Source of the DNA: Patescibacteria group bacterium
Lineage (GTDB): Bacteria; Patescibacteriota; Patescibacteriia; JAHIZJ01
Direction of reading: 5' to 3'
NCBI GenBank assembly: GCA_028714495.1
Contig: JAQTMH010000001.1
Coordinates: 9,721 to 73,720, forward strand
Length of the DNA: 64,000 nucleotides
The position numbers and the translations under genes were made by a program. This document shows, in pieces, positions 48,222-59,133 of the stretch (its first letter is position 1; each line of letters begins with the position of its first letter). The notes beneath the pieces are model-generated. The model saw only the letters and a program-made list of their open reading frames with translations. It did not search any database and was not told the DNA's origin.

Positions 48222-51200
48222 TTATGAGGTAACTTTTACAATTCCTGAGAAATAGCTCGAACAATAGGCGGGTGAACTGCCGCAAGGGAACGGCTCCGCT
48301 TCAGACCATCGACAAGTCGCGAACGGCGTATCACCGCCCCGGCACGCTCCTTGGCAGCTACCACCAAAACACTCAGCATTATTAGCGCATTGCTGGCCGT
48401 CACGATCACCACCAGAACAATTTCCGCTGCCCTTTTCCCAATTGTCCTGAACCCACACTCTCACGTAGCAGCCATCTGCACAGCTTGGATATACATACTC
48501 ATGGTGGGCATAGTGATAGGGACCATCGGGATTTGAGAGCGGTCCGATTGCTACGTTTATTGTCTGGAGGGGTGTGCCGTCGCCCCAGTCAATAAATATA
48601 TTCTTTATTGGTATCTGTTCAGAATCGACCGTCGAATTAAAGCTCAATATGGCCGTGCCGCCGCCGTTTGGAATTTGTATTGCCCCGGTCCGGTTGTTAA
48701 TCTTGATATTAAATACCGACGGCTGGATCCAACAATAATCATAGGGAAAGCCGCTGGTTTGATCGGGCCGCGTATCAGAACTTTCGCCGGTATTATTTAC
48801 TAAGCGGCATTGAGGCATGCTAGCGAAATCATTGTTATAGGCTGTCCTAAAGAGCGTGGTGTCTTCGAAATATTTAGTGTCGCCCGGATTATAAGTCAGG
48901 CCGTCATCAATCTGATTGCAATAATTATCAGGATTTGTGTAGCCGCCCTGTAACTCATCGCATTGCTGTCCAGACAGTAGGCCGCCAACACAGACCTTAT
49001 CACCGCATTTATCCGGCGCACTAGGGCATTCTTCAATGACGCAGGGACAATCATCCTCGACATTACATCCTTCGCCAATATTATCGCCGACCGTGCAGAC
49101 ACCAATATATTCCTCACAGACGCCGCCGCTCACTCCGAAACAAGCCGCGTCAGAACCGCAGGCCTGGCCGCAGTAATATCCGCAACCTCCGGTTTGCTCA
49201 TCACCTTGCCAGGCGCAAACTGCTTCAGCGCAAAAACCATCCGGCACCTGATTGCCGTGTTCGTCAATGCCCCCCTCGCAATCATTGTCGTCTTCACAAG
49301 CCAGCTTGTCGTTTAAGCCTCCGACGCAGACTGCGTCAGCGCATACCCCCCCGGCTCCGCAAACGCCGGTTTCTTCGCAAAGCTCAAGCGACGTACTGCA
49401 CCTTTCTCTTTCACTGCAGGCCACTCCAGGTTCACAATTGCACCTATTAGCGCTCTTACGGCAGATATCCGCGTCGCTAAGGCAGGTGCCTAAACCCTGA
49501 CAATAATTCTGAGGCGTACCATTTGAAGCGCAAAGCTGGCTCGGCCGGCCGCTGCATACTCCATTAGCGCAGAAGCCGCCTGTGCCCTCGCAGTCGCATT
49601 CAAAAGTTCCGTAGGTACATTTGGAATTTGTATTGCAGGTATAAGTAGTCGGGCAATTGTTTTCAATGCTGCACGACACTGTTGTGTCTCCGTCACAACG
49701 CTGTCTCACCGCGCCGCACATATTGTCTACGGGCAGACACACATCCTTTGGCGGTGGCAGGCCTATGCAATCATCATTAGTCACACAAGGCCTGGAGCCT
49801 AAGGTTCTGCCTCCGCACCACCAACCGCATTCCTCATCTTCCGTGCAAGCGGGACCAGTAAGGTCATCCTGACAAACCGTGACCGTGGTGCAAGTGCCAA
49901 TACCCGGACAGTCGCAGTCTGGATTTGTGTTGGAAACGCACTTTTTATCTCCGCCGACCGAGGAACAGGTCGCGCCGAGCGGACAATTATTTGATATCGA
50001 GCAGGCTGCTCCTGGTTCATCTCCGCCTTCGCAGCGCTCGGATACACAGGCATCGTCTCCTCCGCCAGTACAAATAGAAAGGCCACAGGTTGTGGTCGTT
50101 CCCTCACAGACCCATTTGGGTTCACACACTTCTCCTGCCGGACAGCCGCAAGGCTCACCTTCTTTTTCACCGCCGACGCAGATTTTACCAGCGCAAACGC
50201 CGGCCGCGATATTACAATTCGAATTATCACCTTCGCTGCAGTTTTCTCCGGCCAGCAGGTAGTCCGGGTTACTCGAGGTGCAGGAATATTCATTCACGTC
50301 CGTACACCGTCCATCACCCCAGACCCAGACGCCTAGCACGTCGGCAAAAAGCCTCTCAACCCTCTTCAAACCTAAGCCACCGCCTTCAGCTTCATAACCT
50401 GTCGGCGGCTGTCCGGGCAAGGGCGGATACCCGGGCATGGCCGGATCCAAGCTCCCACTGAACTGCTCAATCGGCTTAAAAGTACTCGGAAATACGTCAT
50501 CGCAGGCTGTTACCCCGCTAGTATTGTGCTTGCACGAATATGGCGCTCCAGCCCGGGCAAGCTCTAAATAACTTGAATCCCAGAAACTCGCGTATGGATT
50601 TAGATCACCGCTTAGATAATAAATCGGCTGCATTTTTGATTTCAAATCATAGGCCTCGGTAAAAGGATCTCCCCAGGCCGAGTTGAAGTCCGAATCCCAG
50701 GTTCCCGGGTCATTAATGTCATTCGTTCCTTCAGCAGTCAGGCTCTGTTCGCCGGGTGGCACTAGGCTGCCGTAGTTATCTAGGTCCGAAGTGGGTTTTT
50801 CCGTATAGCCGATATCCCAAACCGCCGAGAGACCTCCATTTATCCTCTGCGCCCAAGCCGTGTTCTCGCCGTTTGAATCAACCGCCCGGCCGACCACATC
50901 ACAGCGCAGCGCCAATACTTCGGTCTTCAAATATGGGTAATCCCAGGGGCTGTTTCTTCCGCCGACAAGATTTCCATCAAAAGGCGCCCAGAAGCCAGCC
51001 AGGGGTTCTTTTTTACTCGTATATTCTAACGGCTCATCATGATCATCCCCATGTTCATAGTAATCGCAAACATCGCTCGACGGTATCCCATCTGGAATGC
51101 AAACATGCCAGCATTGATCCTGGTGACCGCCACCCCTGACAGCCTTTTCGCAGAGGAATTTATAATAACCATCAGCGCATTTATGGTTATGCGCGTAATT

Positions 51201-54200
51201 GCAGTTATGAAATGCTACGGTGTAGGGTCTCCGATATTCATAGAAGCTCGACTGAAGACAATAATAGAGCGGGGCATCGCCATAATATCCGACGACTTCG
51301 CCACCGCCGAAAATATTCGATTCGCCTTCAATAATATCAACCGGCCACCACTGCAGGCAAATATTAGAGTTCTGCGGATCACGCTCAAGGCAATAGCCCT
51401 TCCAACCCTTGTAAATACGGCTTTGTTCATCGACATAATCACAGGAGAGGGAATTGGCCGCGGGATAGAGCCGGCAAGACCGCTGAACCATGCGCTCGTC
51501 ATCGGGAAGTTCCGGCGGCTGGTCAGTCGCCTTCTTTTCCAGGACGGCTTGAAGCAATATGTCGTCTAAATAGAATTTTATCGGCGGCTCAAGCCCTCCG
51601 CCCTCGCCGTTGGGCAGAGCTTTCACAAAACTCAAATACGTCTGGCTGACAACATTGTCTGTTTTCAAGCTAAGAGTATAGTACTGCCAAAAATCAGTAG
51701 CGATCACCCGGCCGAATTCCTGGCAATTGTCGTTGTCATCGTTGTTATAGCAGTATTGAACCTTAATTGTCTCTCGCGAATCACTTAAAATTCTAAAGCT
51801 GATAATATAATTGCTGTCATTTTGCACCAGCGAACTCATCGAGGTTTTGGCCCCAGCATCCCGATCGGATGGATTAACCATCAATACTTTATTGTCCCCC
51901 GGATTTTTGGGATCATCAATCACGCTGATGTTGCTGGGAATCTGTTCCATGTTTCTGGCTTGCCAGGGACTGATACTGCCATTTTCGAAATCATGGTTCG
52001 GTAGATCCAATCCGCCGCCGATTTGCCTCATCGCGGCTGTCGGATAATAGCCGTGAACTACCCGGCAAATATTGCCGTCATTGGGTGTGCCACATTGATC
52101 ATCCTGGCAGCCGTTGGCTACGCCCGGACAATCATCTTGATCCCGGCATAATCCGCCGTCATTTTCACCGCCTTCGCATATTCCATCGCGCCAACACGAG
52201 GCACCATCTGCGGAACAGCCCCAGGTTAGTCCCACTCTCGAATAGCCGGAGAGATACCTGACCGCGTCTACCGTGGCCGGAGTATAAGTCAAATCAGTCG
52301 GGTGCGATGGAGCGGTGACCAAACGTTCAAGATATTCAGCCGGGGCCGGGGTGTCCGGATGCTCATATTGCGGAGGACGGACGCACTTGCCATTATTTTC
52401 GCAATCAGCGTCCAAACGGCAGGCTCTTTTCGGATCATTGTCGCACTGTCCTTCGCCCACCGGCTTGGTGCATTCGCCGTTCGAACCCATCTCCTGGCAA
52501 TTGCCGATGTCGTAACAAAGTCTCTCGTCTTGCCCATCCTGATTCGTGGAAGTGAAGCTGGTCTTGCAGTAAAGCCATTGATTGCAGACGCGGTCCCGAT
52601 CAACCTTGATAATGGTATTTGAATCGGCTTTACAATTGTCCACGCCTGGGCATTGGACCGGGCTGCCCTTATTTTCATCAATATCGCCGTAGGTCAGATC
52701 GCTATCATAGGTTAACTGGCCGCCGCTGGTATTATTAAAGAGGATGCACCCTTCGTCGGAATTAACCACGCCATAGCATGACGCCGTATCCGTCGAACCC
52801 TTTATGTAATAGTAAGGTTGACAGCCCGGCAAATAGTCTCCTGGCTCGCTGTAAGCGAAAGGATCGCAGTCTCCGTCTAGTTTATAGAAATTGCCCTGGG
52901 CGTCATACTCCACCCGGCAAGAAGCGCGGCAACCCTGATAAACGCACTCGCCGCCATCGCCGCAAGCAGAGTCAGAATCACAGTAGGCCCCAGGGGTCGG
53001 ACCGCCGGCGCAGATTCTATTGTTAGTGCTGGACACCAAAGATGGCTGCGGGTCTTGCGGATCACGGTACTCGTTGCAGCCGCTGGCCTTGTCTTTACAT
53101 TCACCGACCCAATACTCCGAGCAGGAAAGGCCAGCAACACCAGTTATGGACTCGCTGCAATCATCATCGGTCTGGCAGGCTCTTTCGGCGCAATAGCCGT
53201 CATTATCGCCATCTGAATCAGCGCATCCGAAATCCGGATCGTTCGGGTCAGCGTCAGAATCGCATGATTGACCAGCCCGATTACCGCCGTAGCATACTTC
53301 CGCGTGATCAGTGCAGAATCCGTCATTATCGCTGTTTGGATCATCACAGCCCAGGACCGGATCCTGACCGTCTGCCTGAGAGCTGCATTTCTGGTCATTA
53401 CGGTATCCGCCGTGGCAATATTCCTGCTGCTGCGGACCGCATACTTTGGTCGGCTGGGGATTTCCCAGATACTGTTCGCAACTGCCGTCAGGGCACTCGC
53501 CGCCTCCGCCAAAACAGGCCTTGCCTGCATTAGCCCCACCCACACAGGTATATTTCTCGACCGGACAAAGTTTATCGCTTCCCGCCTTAAACCAAGTATC
53601 ATAAAGCTTGCCCAGGATATTTACGCCGGTCCGATATTCGCAGGTCTGCTCGTTCGGGTCTTTGAAATTCGCATAGCTTCCGCCCTCACCGCCGATCGCG
53701 TATGCCTCGCAGGCCTGCTGCGACGCTTCGCAAAGACTGGTGGCATAGTTGTCAGGAACATTCCTAAGGTAAACGGTGTCATATTTATTGACCCGACCGT
53801 CCTGATCGAAGCTTGGTCGGCCGAGAGCCTGGCAGCCTTTTGCCTCGGCCTGGCAATAGCGCTTAGAGTCATTGACCAATGGATGCACGCTGTCAGCCAC
53901 CGTGACCTGGCCTAGGGTATCGGTCTCAAAAGGTGAAACAGAATTCTGGGTATCAATCACGCTTTCACAGCCAACTTTTTCCGGCCGGCACAGGCTGGTG
54001 AAACTCTTTAAGTAATAATCATTCTTTTTACTGTCTCGATAAAGAGAGCAGCCCACCCATTCATCCGGACACTCATTAAAGCTGTTGTATTTAAGATAAA
54101 CATTGCCCTTAGTTTCCCAGAGGATGATATTGTCAATGAAAAACGCGCTGGTGCCGGAAATCTTGAATACCTCATTAGGATCGACATTGGCCAAAAACTG

Positions 54201-57200
54201 GGCTGGACCGAGCACGTAACGATTCCAGCCTTGCTTGGTAGCAACCGCCTCGCCGGCAAAACTAGTGCCACTGGGATCAAAAGAAGCGGTCAGAGTCGAG
54301 TCCGCGTCCACGGCCTTGGCCCAAAACTCCACCAGATAGGTCCGGCCAGTTTCTATCAATGAGGAAACTGAATATCGCATTTCAGAGGGCACTCTGACTG
54401 AAAGGCCGCCGGCCTTGAGCGACTCTGAGCTGATTGCGACTTCAGCCGGCTCCCAACCGTTGGCATCGCCATCTTCAAAATCATCCTGGATAACCCGGCG
54501 GATATTGTAGCCGGTGCTGCCTCGATATTCACGGCAGCCAGCCTGATTACTCGGGCATCTGATACTCTGGGCCGGGATGGCGTTATAGACTGTGCCGTCC
54601 AGAGTATTTCTCAAAGGATGGCAATCGTCAGAACAAGTTATTGTTTTCGTATTCAAACACAAGTAGCTGTTACCGTTCTGGGCATAGTATGGAGTGCAGC
54701 CAGCTTCAGTCGCGGGATCGCAATCACATGTCCCATCAGTTAATTCAGGCGGTCCGCTCGCCGAGCCTTTCAATGATTCGGCCACCAGCTGATAACCTCG
54801 AACATCATCACCTTCCCAGCGGTAATAGGTCGCGCACTCTGGTCCGGGCTTTAAGCACTGACGGATATAAGTATAGTATTCCAGGCCTTCGCCGCCCGCC
54901 GCCACTTCGTCAAGATTAGTGTATTCCTCGCAACCGACGTAGGCGGCTTCGCAGGTTTGGCCGCTCTTGGCGATTAAATTGAAATTAGGCAGACCGGTTT
55001 CCTGATTAATGCCGTTTCTCTCAACCAGGCTTAAATCAGTACCATTGGCTAACGACATCTGCATATACGATTTGCATCCTTCAAATTCAGCCGGGCAATA
55101 ATCAGCCGGAGTGACTACGCCGGGCACCTTGTCGCCTGCTTCAGCCGGGTCATAAAGTTCACAGCCGACCTCATCCATCCGACAAACCAAGGACTCTGAT
55201 GATAAAGACATGCCAATATTATCAACTACTCCGCCACTAAGATTAATTCGAACAAAGGCCGCGCCGCTATTATCAGCCTCTATGCCAAAATCAACCCAGG
55301 TCCATGAGCCATTATCAGCTATGACCTGAGTCCTGGCGTCACTGGCATTGGCAGTCAGATTACAGTCAGCCAAGACGGCGTGGCTTTGGTCCAGACATTC
55401 AGTTGTAATCGGGGCGGCGGCTCCGCCAGTCTTGACCCAGGCATAAACATCATAACGGGAACCTGGGCTTACCGAGACGTCTTGGAAACCGCCCGAACCA
55501 GCGTATTTGTCTCCATAGCCCGCGTCAATGTTTATGGTTGTACCGATCCAGCCGTCAGCCGAACTGTTGCCTGGCTCTCGCGAACTACGATAACCCGCGC
55601 CAATGCCCGGATCATTATTGTACGCCGGATAAAAATCAGTGCCGTTATCAATACTGAAACTGCCATTAGCCACTAGATTCTCACTCTGGTCTTTGACATA
55701 AATTTGATTGGAGCCGGCGTAGTTGACATAAGAGGTAACATCACCCAGTTCAAGCTGAACCGCATCAAGATAGAGTTGGCAAGCCGGCTTGATAATTTTG
55801 AGACCGATCTTGGTGTCATTATCAAAAGGCGTTTCCGGCCGATCTGGAATCGTTGCCGAAACCACCAGTCTCTTCCACTCTCCGGCCGCTATATCAAACG
55901 ACGGATATTGAACTGGATCAACATAGTTTTCCATGATATCATCGCCGTTATGATCAGCGCCTATCTGCATTTCTAGTCCGTTGCAGCCATCGCTCGAGCG
56001 GCCGAAAAACGAGAGGGTAAAAGATTTTCCGTAAGTTTGGGCTGCCGTATCAATCGTATATTCTAGCGCGCCGGACCCGGTAGTCAGCATTGAGTAGCTT
56101 CCCTCATACATCTGGCTAGTGGCATAGGTTGTAATTGTACCGTCTTTCTTCCACTCCCAGTGCGGGTAGCTCGCCATGAAATTATCGGCAAAATTTGAAT
56201 CTGGCGGATCACCCTGGTCATCGGCTTTGCCTGAATCAGGCAGACCTTCGATCTGGCCAAACGACTCAAAGCCCGAATTAGCCACTAAGTTGGTTCCGGG
56301 CACGAGCCTGATGTATTCATGGCAGCCCTGATCTTTCTTTTCACATCCTTCGACGCTGCCGTCAAAGCGTATTTTATCGCCGGAGGCGAGATAGTCTTCC
56401 GAACTGCAGACAAACGAATCCAGGCCAGTCGAATAATCCTGGCAATACCACTGGCAACCGGCGTTATCGCCTGAACAAGAATCGTAATTTACCGTATTTT
56501 GAATATAGGAAACGGTTTTATTATCCGAGTCGGTGAACGTCTGGCAACTGTTTTCGTAGGCCTCGCACTCTGTGCCCTGGAATTTCCAGATCGGCTTTTC
56601 TTCGGTACAGTAGCCGTAAAATTTACAGCTGCCGTCCTCCGCTTCGGCGATACAGGTCCTTTCGTCAGCGCAATAGTTGTTTCGGCTCACAATCCGCTGG
56701 GGCTCATCGGCTTCGTTAATGACATCATCACCATTAGTATCTTTGGTTCTTTCATACTGGTCCGTGACCAGTTGCTCGCCCGGTCCCTCGCGCTTGCAGA
56801 AAGTGTCGGATACCTTCAAAACCCAGTTGGGGTCAATAAGATGATAGAAAGGATTATTTCCGTTTTCCGGTGTCGGCTCAACGTCATACAGATCAACCAG
56901 CTCTTGCAGGCCGAAATTCTTTGCCGGCGAAACGTAATTTTTTATGTAAAGCGCGGCCGCTTCCCAGGTCGATGGGATTATTCGGTATTTTCTTAATATC
57001 ACAAGGCTGCGGTAGGGATAGCCATTGAAATATTCTGGCTCCTGGCCAGTGGCGTCATAGCCAAACGTCCGATCGCCTTTGAGGAGTCCGGCTTCAAGCG
57101 CTTCCTTCACCGTCATCTTCTGATCAAGCGCCGCCCGAAAATCATCGTCTATTACGCAATTATTCGTTTCCTTGAACTCAGCTGGACAGCTTACTAAAGT

Positions 57201-58217
57201 ATTTAATATATCGATTGGTCCGCGCACCCGGAAACTCGGCTTGGTTAATTCCAAATTATAACTCTTGGCCGCCGCGATGCCCGGCCGGCCCATCCCGCCG
57301 GGCGTCAGCGAACCATAATCGGATGGAGCAACGCCCTTTTCAAATATGGTTTTATATAACCGGCTGATCAAGGTATTGGAAAATATATCGATAGCATCGG
57401 CAATAATGCTGCCCGTCGTTGTCGTTTCAGCCTTAGTCGCCATCTCAAGAGTCTTATTAATCACCGCCTCATCCCATTCTCTTGAGGTTTTTATATCCCC
57501 GGTAACAGTATCTTTTGTACCCTCGAAGCTGCTGGCAGTCCGTTCTAGCTCGGCCGTAGCCTTAGCTTCGTACTTGGTATCCGAAACTGTGGACAGGATT
57601 GACATAAAAGCGCCGATCTCGCTCGAGGTGTAATCAAAGCTTTTCTGAAAATCAATCATATCGCTGGTGGTCATCTTACTGATCCGGTCGATATTCCTCT
57701 CTATCTGATGGAGCGGGCATTTAAAAGTCTTATCAATGTCTGGTTCCAGAGTACGCCTGGCCATGATAGTTAGTTTGATCTGCACTTGCGGAGTAAAGGT
57801 GCAAAGGCTCTTGCCAAAATAGGCGGTAGTAATATTATCCAAAAATTCTCCAGCCGCTCCGTCACCAATTTGCTGCATGAATTTACCCGGATTAGTCCAG
57901 AAAAGTGGTTTTTGCCCCTTGCCGCCAGAGCCCAAATAGACTGCCGCGTCATAGGCGACTTTATTGGCAAAATAAGAAAGCGCTTTTTTGTAAGCCACCA
58001 TTCCCGCGTTCTGGGCTACGAACTTCGTCAAAGTCCAGATATAGCTAATCGTATCAGGTATACTGGCCAGAACGCTCACCGGAAAGCCTGCCTGGGTCTT
58101 TGGCACGGTAAATAAAAAGACTCCCACTAAGGAAGAGAAGACAACCGAGAAAAGCATTCCGACAATAAACAATCTAGCGCTTTTTCTTCTGGGAGATTTT
58201 GATTTAGAAGCTTCCAT
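48222..58217 (-). CDS. giant (3331 aa) Cys-rich exported protein with CBM4_9-like and CxGGxxxGxxC repeat modules
   Basis: N-terminal TM/signal; NLVANSGFE, NLVANGSFS, QDDFEDG, NHDFENG domains; many CxGG.N.G..C repeats; C-terminal IDWGDG (PKD-like). Confidence 0.9.
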   Translation of the reverse strand: MEASKSKSPRRKSARLFIVGMLFSVVFSSLVGVFLFTVPKTQAGFPVSVLASIPDTISYIWTLTKFVAQNAGMVAYKKALSYFANKVAYDAAVYLGSGGKGQKPLFWTNPGKFMQQIGDGAAGEFLDNITTAYFGKSLCTFTPQVQIKLTIMARRTLEPDIDKTFKCPLHQIERNIDRISKMTTSDMIDFQKSFDYTSSEIGAFMSILSTVSDTKYEAKATAELERTASSFEGTKDTVTGDIKTSREWDEAVINKTLEMATKAETTTTGSIIADAIDIFSNTLISRLYKTIFEKGVAPSDYGSLTPGGMGRPGIAAAKSYNLELTKPSFRVRGPIDILNTLVSCPAEFKETNNCVIDDDFRAALDQKMTVKEALEAGLLKGDRTFGYDATGQEPEYFNGYPYRSLVILRKYRIIPSTWEAAALYIKNYVSPAKNFGLQELVDLYDVEPTPENGNNPFYHLIDPNWVLKVSDTFCKREGPGEQLVTDQYERTKDTNGDDVINEADEPQRIVSRNNYCADERTCIAEAEDGSCKFYGYCTEEKPIWKFQGTECEAYENSCQTFTDSDNKTVSYIQNTVNYDSCSGDNAGCQWYCQDYSTGLDSFVCSSEDYLASGDKIRFDGSVEGCEKKDQGCHEYIRLVPGTNLVANSGFESFGQIEGLPDSGKADDQGDPPDSNFADNFMASYPHWEWKKDGTITTYATSQMYEGSYSMLTTGSGALEYTIDTAAQTYGKSFTLSFFGRSSDGCNGLEMQIGADHNGDDIMENYVDPVQYPSFDIAAGEWKRLVVSATIPDRPETPFDNDTKIGLKIIKPACQLYLDAVQLELGDVTSYVNYAGSNQIYVKDQSENLVANGSFSIDNGTDFYPAYNNDPGIGAGYRSSREPGNSSADGWIGTTINIDAGYGDKYAGSGGFQDVSVSPGSRYDVYAWVKTGGAAAPITTECLDQSHAVLADCNLTANASDARTQVIADNGSWTWVDFGIEADNSGAAFVRINLSGGVVDNIGMSLSSESLVCRMDEVGCELYDPAEAGDKVPGVVTPADYCPAEFEGCKSYMQMSLANGTDLSLVERNGINQETGLPNFNLIAKSGQTCEAAYVGCEEYTNLDEVAAGGEGLEYYTYIRQCLKPGPECATYYRWEGDDVRGYQLVAESLKGSASGPPELTDGTCDCDPATEAGCTPYYAQNGNSYLCLNTKTITCSDDCHPLRNTLDGTVYNAIPAQSIRCPSNQAGCREYRGSTGYNIRRVIQDDFEDGDANGWEPAEVAISSESLKAGGLSVRVPSEMRYSVSSLIETGRTYLVEFWAKAVDADSTLTASFDPSGTSFAGEAVATKQGWNRYVLGPAQFLANVDPNEVFKISGTSAFFIDNIILWETKGNVYLKYNSFNECPDEWVGCSLYRDSKKNDYYLKSFTSLCRPEKVGCESVIDTQNSVSPFETDTLGQVTVADSVHPLVNDSKRYCQAEAKGCQALGRPSFDQDGRVNKYDTVYLRNVPDNYATSLCEASQQACEAYAIGGEGGSYANFKDPNEQTCEYRTGVNILGKLYDTWFKAGSDKLCPVEKYTCVGGANAGKACFGGGGECPDGSCEQYLGNPQPTKVCGPQQQEYCHGGYRNDQKCSSQADGQDPVLGCDDPNSDNDGFCTDHAEVCYGGNRAGQSCDSDADPNDPDFGCADSDGDNDGYCAERACQTDDDCSESITGVAGLSCSEYWVGECKDKASGCNEYRDPQDPQPSLVSSTNNRICAGGPTPGAYCDSDSACGDGGECVYQGCRASCRVEYDAQGNFYKLDGDCDPFAYSEPGDYLPGCQPYYYIKGSTDTASCYGVVNSDEGCILFNNTSGGQLTYDSDLTYGDIDENKGSPVQCPGVDNCKADSNTIIKVDRDRVCNQWLYCKTSFTSTNQDGQDERLCYDIGNCQEMGSNGECTKPVGEGQCDNDPKRACRLDADCENNGKCVRPPQYEHPDTPAPAEYLERLVTAPSHPTDLTYTPATVDAVRYLSGYSRVGLTWGCSADGASCWRDGICEGGENDGGLCRDQDDCPGVANGCQDDQCGTPNDGNICRVVHGYYPTAAMRQIGGGLDLPNHDFENGSISPWQARNMEQIPSNISVIDDPKNPGDNKVLMVNPSDRDAGAKTSMSSLVQNDSNYIISFRILSDSRETIKVQYCYNNDDNDNCQEFGRVIATDFWQYYTLSLKTDNVVSQTYLSFVKALPNGEGGGLEPPIKFYLDDILLQAVLEKKATDQPPELPDDERMVQRSCRLYPAANSLSCDYVDEQSRIYKGWKGYCLERDPQNSNICLQWWPVDIIEGESNIFGGGEVVGYYGDAPLYYCLQSSFYEYRRPYTVAFHNCNYAHNHKCADGYYKFLCEKAVRGGGHQDQCWHVCIPDGIPSSDVCDYYEHGDDHDEPLEYTSKKEPLAGFWAPFDGNLVGGRNSPWDYPYLKTEVLALRCDVVGRAVDSNGENTAWAQRINGGLSAVWDIGYTEKPTSDLDNYGSLVPPGEQSLTAEGTNDINDPGTWDSDFNSAWGDPFTEAYDLKSKMQPIYYLSGDLNPYASFWDSSYLELARAGAPYSCKHNTSGVTACDDVFPSTFKPIEQFSGSLDPAMPGYPPLPGQPPTGYEAEGGGLGLKRVERLFADVLGVWVWGDGRCTDVNEYSCTSSNPDYLLAGENCSEGDNSNCNIAAGVCAGKICVGGEKEGEPCGCPAGEVCEPKWVCEGTTTTCGLSICTGGGDDACVSERCEGGDEPGAACSISNNCPLGATCSSVGGDKKCVSNTNPDCDCPGIGTCTTVTVCQDDLTGPACTEDEECGWWCGGRTLGSRPCVTNDDCIGLPPPKDVCLPVDNMCGAVRQRCDGDTTVSCSIENNCPTTYTCNTNSKCTYGTFECDCEGTGGFCANGVCSGRPSQLCASNGTPQNYCQGLGTCLSDADICRKSANRCNCEPGVACSERERCSTSLELCEETGVCGAGGVCADAVCVGGLNDKLACEDDNDCEGGIDEHGNQVPDGFCAEAVCAWQGDEQTGGCGYYCGQACGSDAACFGVSGGVCEEYIGVCTVGDNIGEGCNVEDDCPCVIEECPSAPDKCGDKVCVGGLLSGQQCDELQGGYTNPDNYCNQIDDGLTYNPGDTKYFEDTTLFRTAYNNDFASMPQCRLVNNTGESSDTRPDQTSGFPYDYCWIQPSVFNIKINNRTGAIQIPNGGGTAILSFNSTVDSEQIPIKNIFIDWGDGTPLQTINVAIGPLSNPDGPYHYAHHEYVYPSCADGCYVRVWVQDNWEKGSGNCSGGDRDGQQCANNAECFGGSCQGACRGGDTPFATCRWSEAEPFPCGSSPAYCSSYFSGIVKVTS

Positions 58218-58222
58218 ATTTA

Positions 58223-59050
58223 TTATTCTTGGGGGGTCTCATCAATCGCCTGGTTGAAAATCGATTTCAGTGTTTCGTCATCTACTCCGCTCAGGGTGTC
58301 TGCCGGAATGCCGGACAGCTCCATCAGTGTTCTGATTTCAGCGGCGCTAAGCTGTCGGAGTTTATCAATCGACAAGTCGCTGGTCAGGTCTGTCTGATTT
58401 TGATTATTAACGCTGGTATTTGAATTGGCCGGCGCCTGATTGACGTTCGCGTTTACCGTTTCCTCCTTGAGAGCGTCCGCGTACATCTCCCTCAAATCGG
58501 CATCGCTGATTTGATTCAGCTTTTCCTCTGGCACGCCGGAACTTAAGAGCACTTCCCGAAGCTGTTCAATCGGCAATTCATCGGGAGAAGGATTTACATT
58601 CGCGTTTGACGAATTGCTATTGGAGTTGGCATTAGTCGGGAGATTGGCATTCGTCGAGGTATTGGTATTTTCATTGAGCAGATCGTAAAGATTCGTCTGA
58701 GTGTTTGTATTAGCCGTCGGTGTGCGGCAGGTTTTTCCTTCGGGACAATTCGGGTCCGTTCCCATCTGCAGCTCCTGTTTATCAGAAACACTATCGCTAT
58801 CAGAATCTGCCAGGTAGGGCGAGGTGTCATAGATATAAAGTTCGTCAAAATCCGACAACCCGTCATTGTCCGTATCTTTTTGCCGAAGAGCTTGAATTTC
58901 AGCTGTGGCAACTTTTTCGTTGGACGTCTCTGCCAAATCACTAAATGGTCCTTTGATCGACTTGGCCACCTGAAAAAAACCCAAGACTACGCCAGACAGA
59001 CCGACTGCCAGAATAATCCCCGCTATGGTTTTATCTTTTATTTTCATCAA
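58223..59050 (-). CDS. membrane-anchored protein with thrombospondin type 3-like Ca-binding repeats
   Basis: DTDNDGLSDFDE, DSDSDSVSDKQE..GTDPN; Asn-rich linkers. Confidence 0.8.
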   Translation of the reverse strand: MMKIKDKTIAGIILAVGLSGVVLGFFQVAKSIKGPFSDLAETSNEKVATAEIQALRQKDTDNDGLSDFDELYIYDTSPYLADSDSDSVSDKQELQMGTDPNCPEGKTCRTPTANTNTQTNLYDLLNENTNTSTNANLPTNANSNSNSSNANVNPSPDELPIEQLREVLLSSGVPEEKLNQISDADLREMYADALKEETVNANVNQAPANSNTSVNNQNQTDLTSDLSIDKLRQLSAAEIRTLMELSGIPADTLSGVDDETLKSIFNQAIDETPQE

Positions 59051-59133
59051 ATAATTTTGTTTTCTAACCGTTCAATATATGGGAATATTGCTCAAATTTT
59101 ACTACCCCATTATATCACATTAGATGGTATGTG

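Noticed and set aside
48351-58115. Many short alternative-frame ORFs within the giant gene and other long CDSs
   Set aside because: Shadow ORFs of a long coding sequence with no independent signals.
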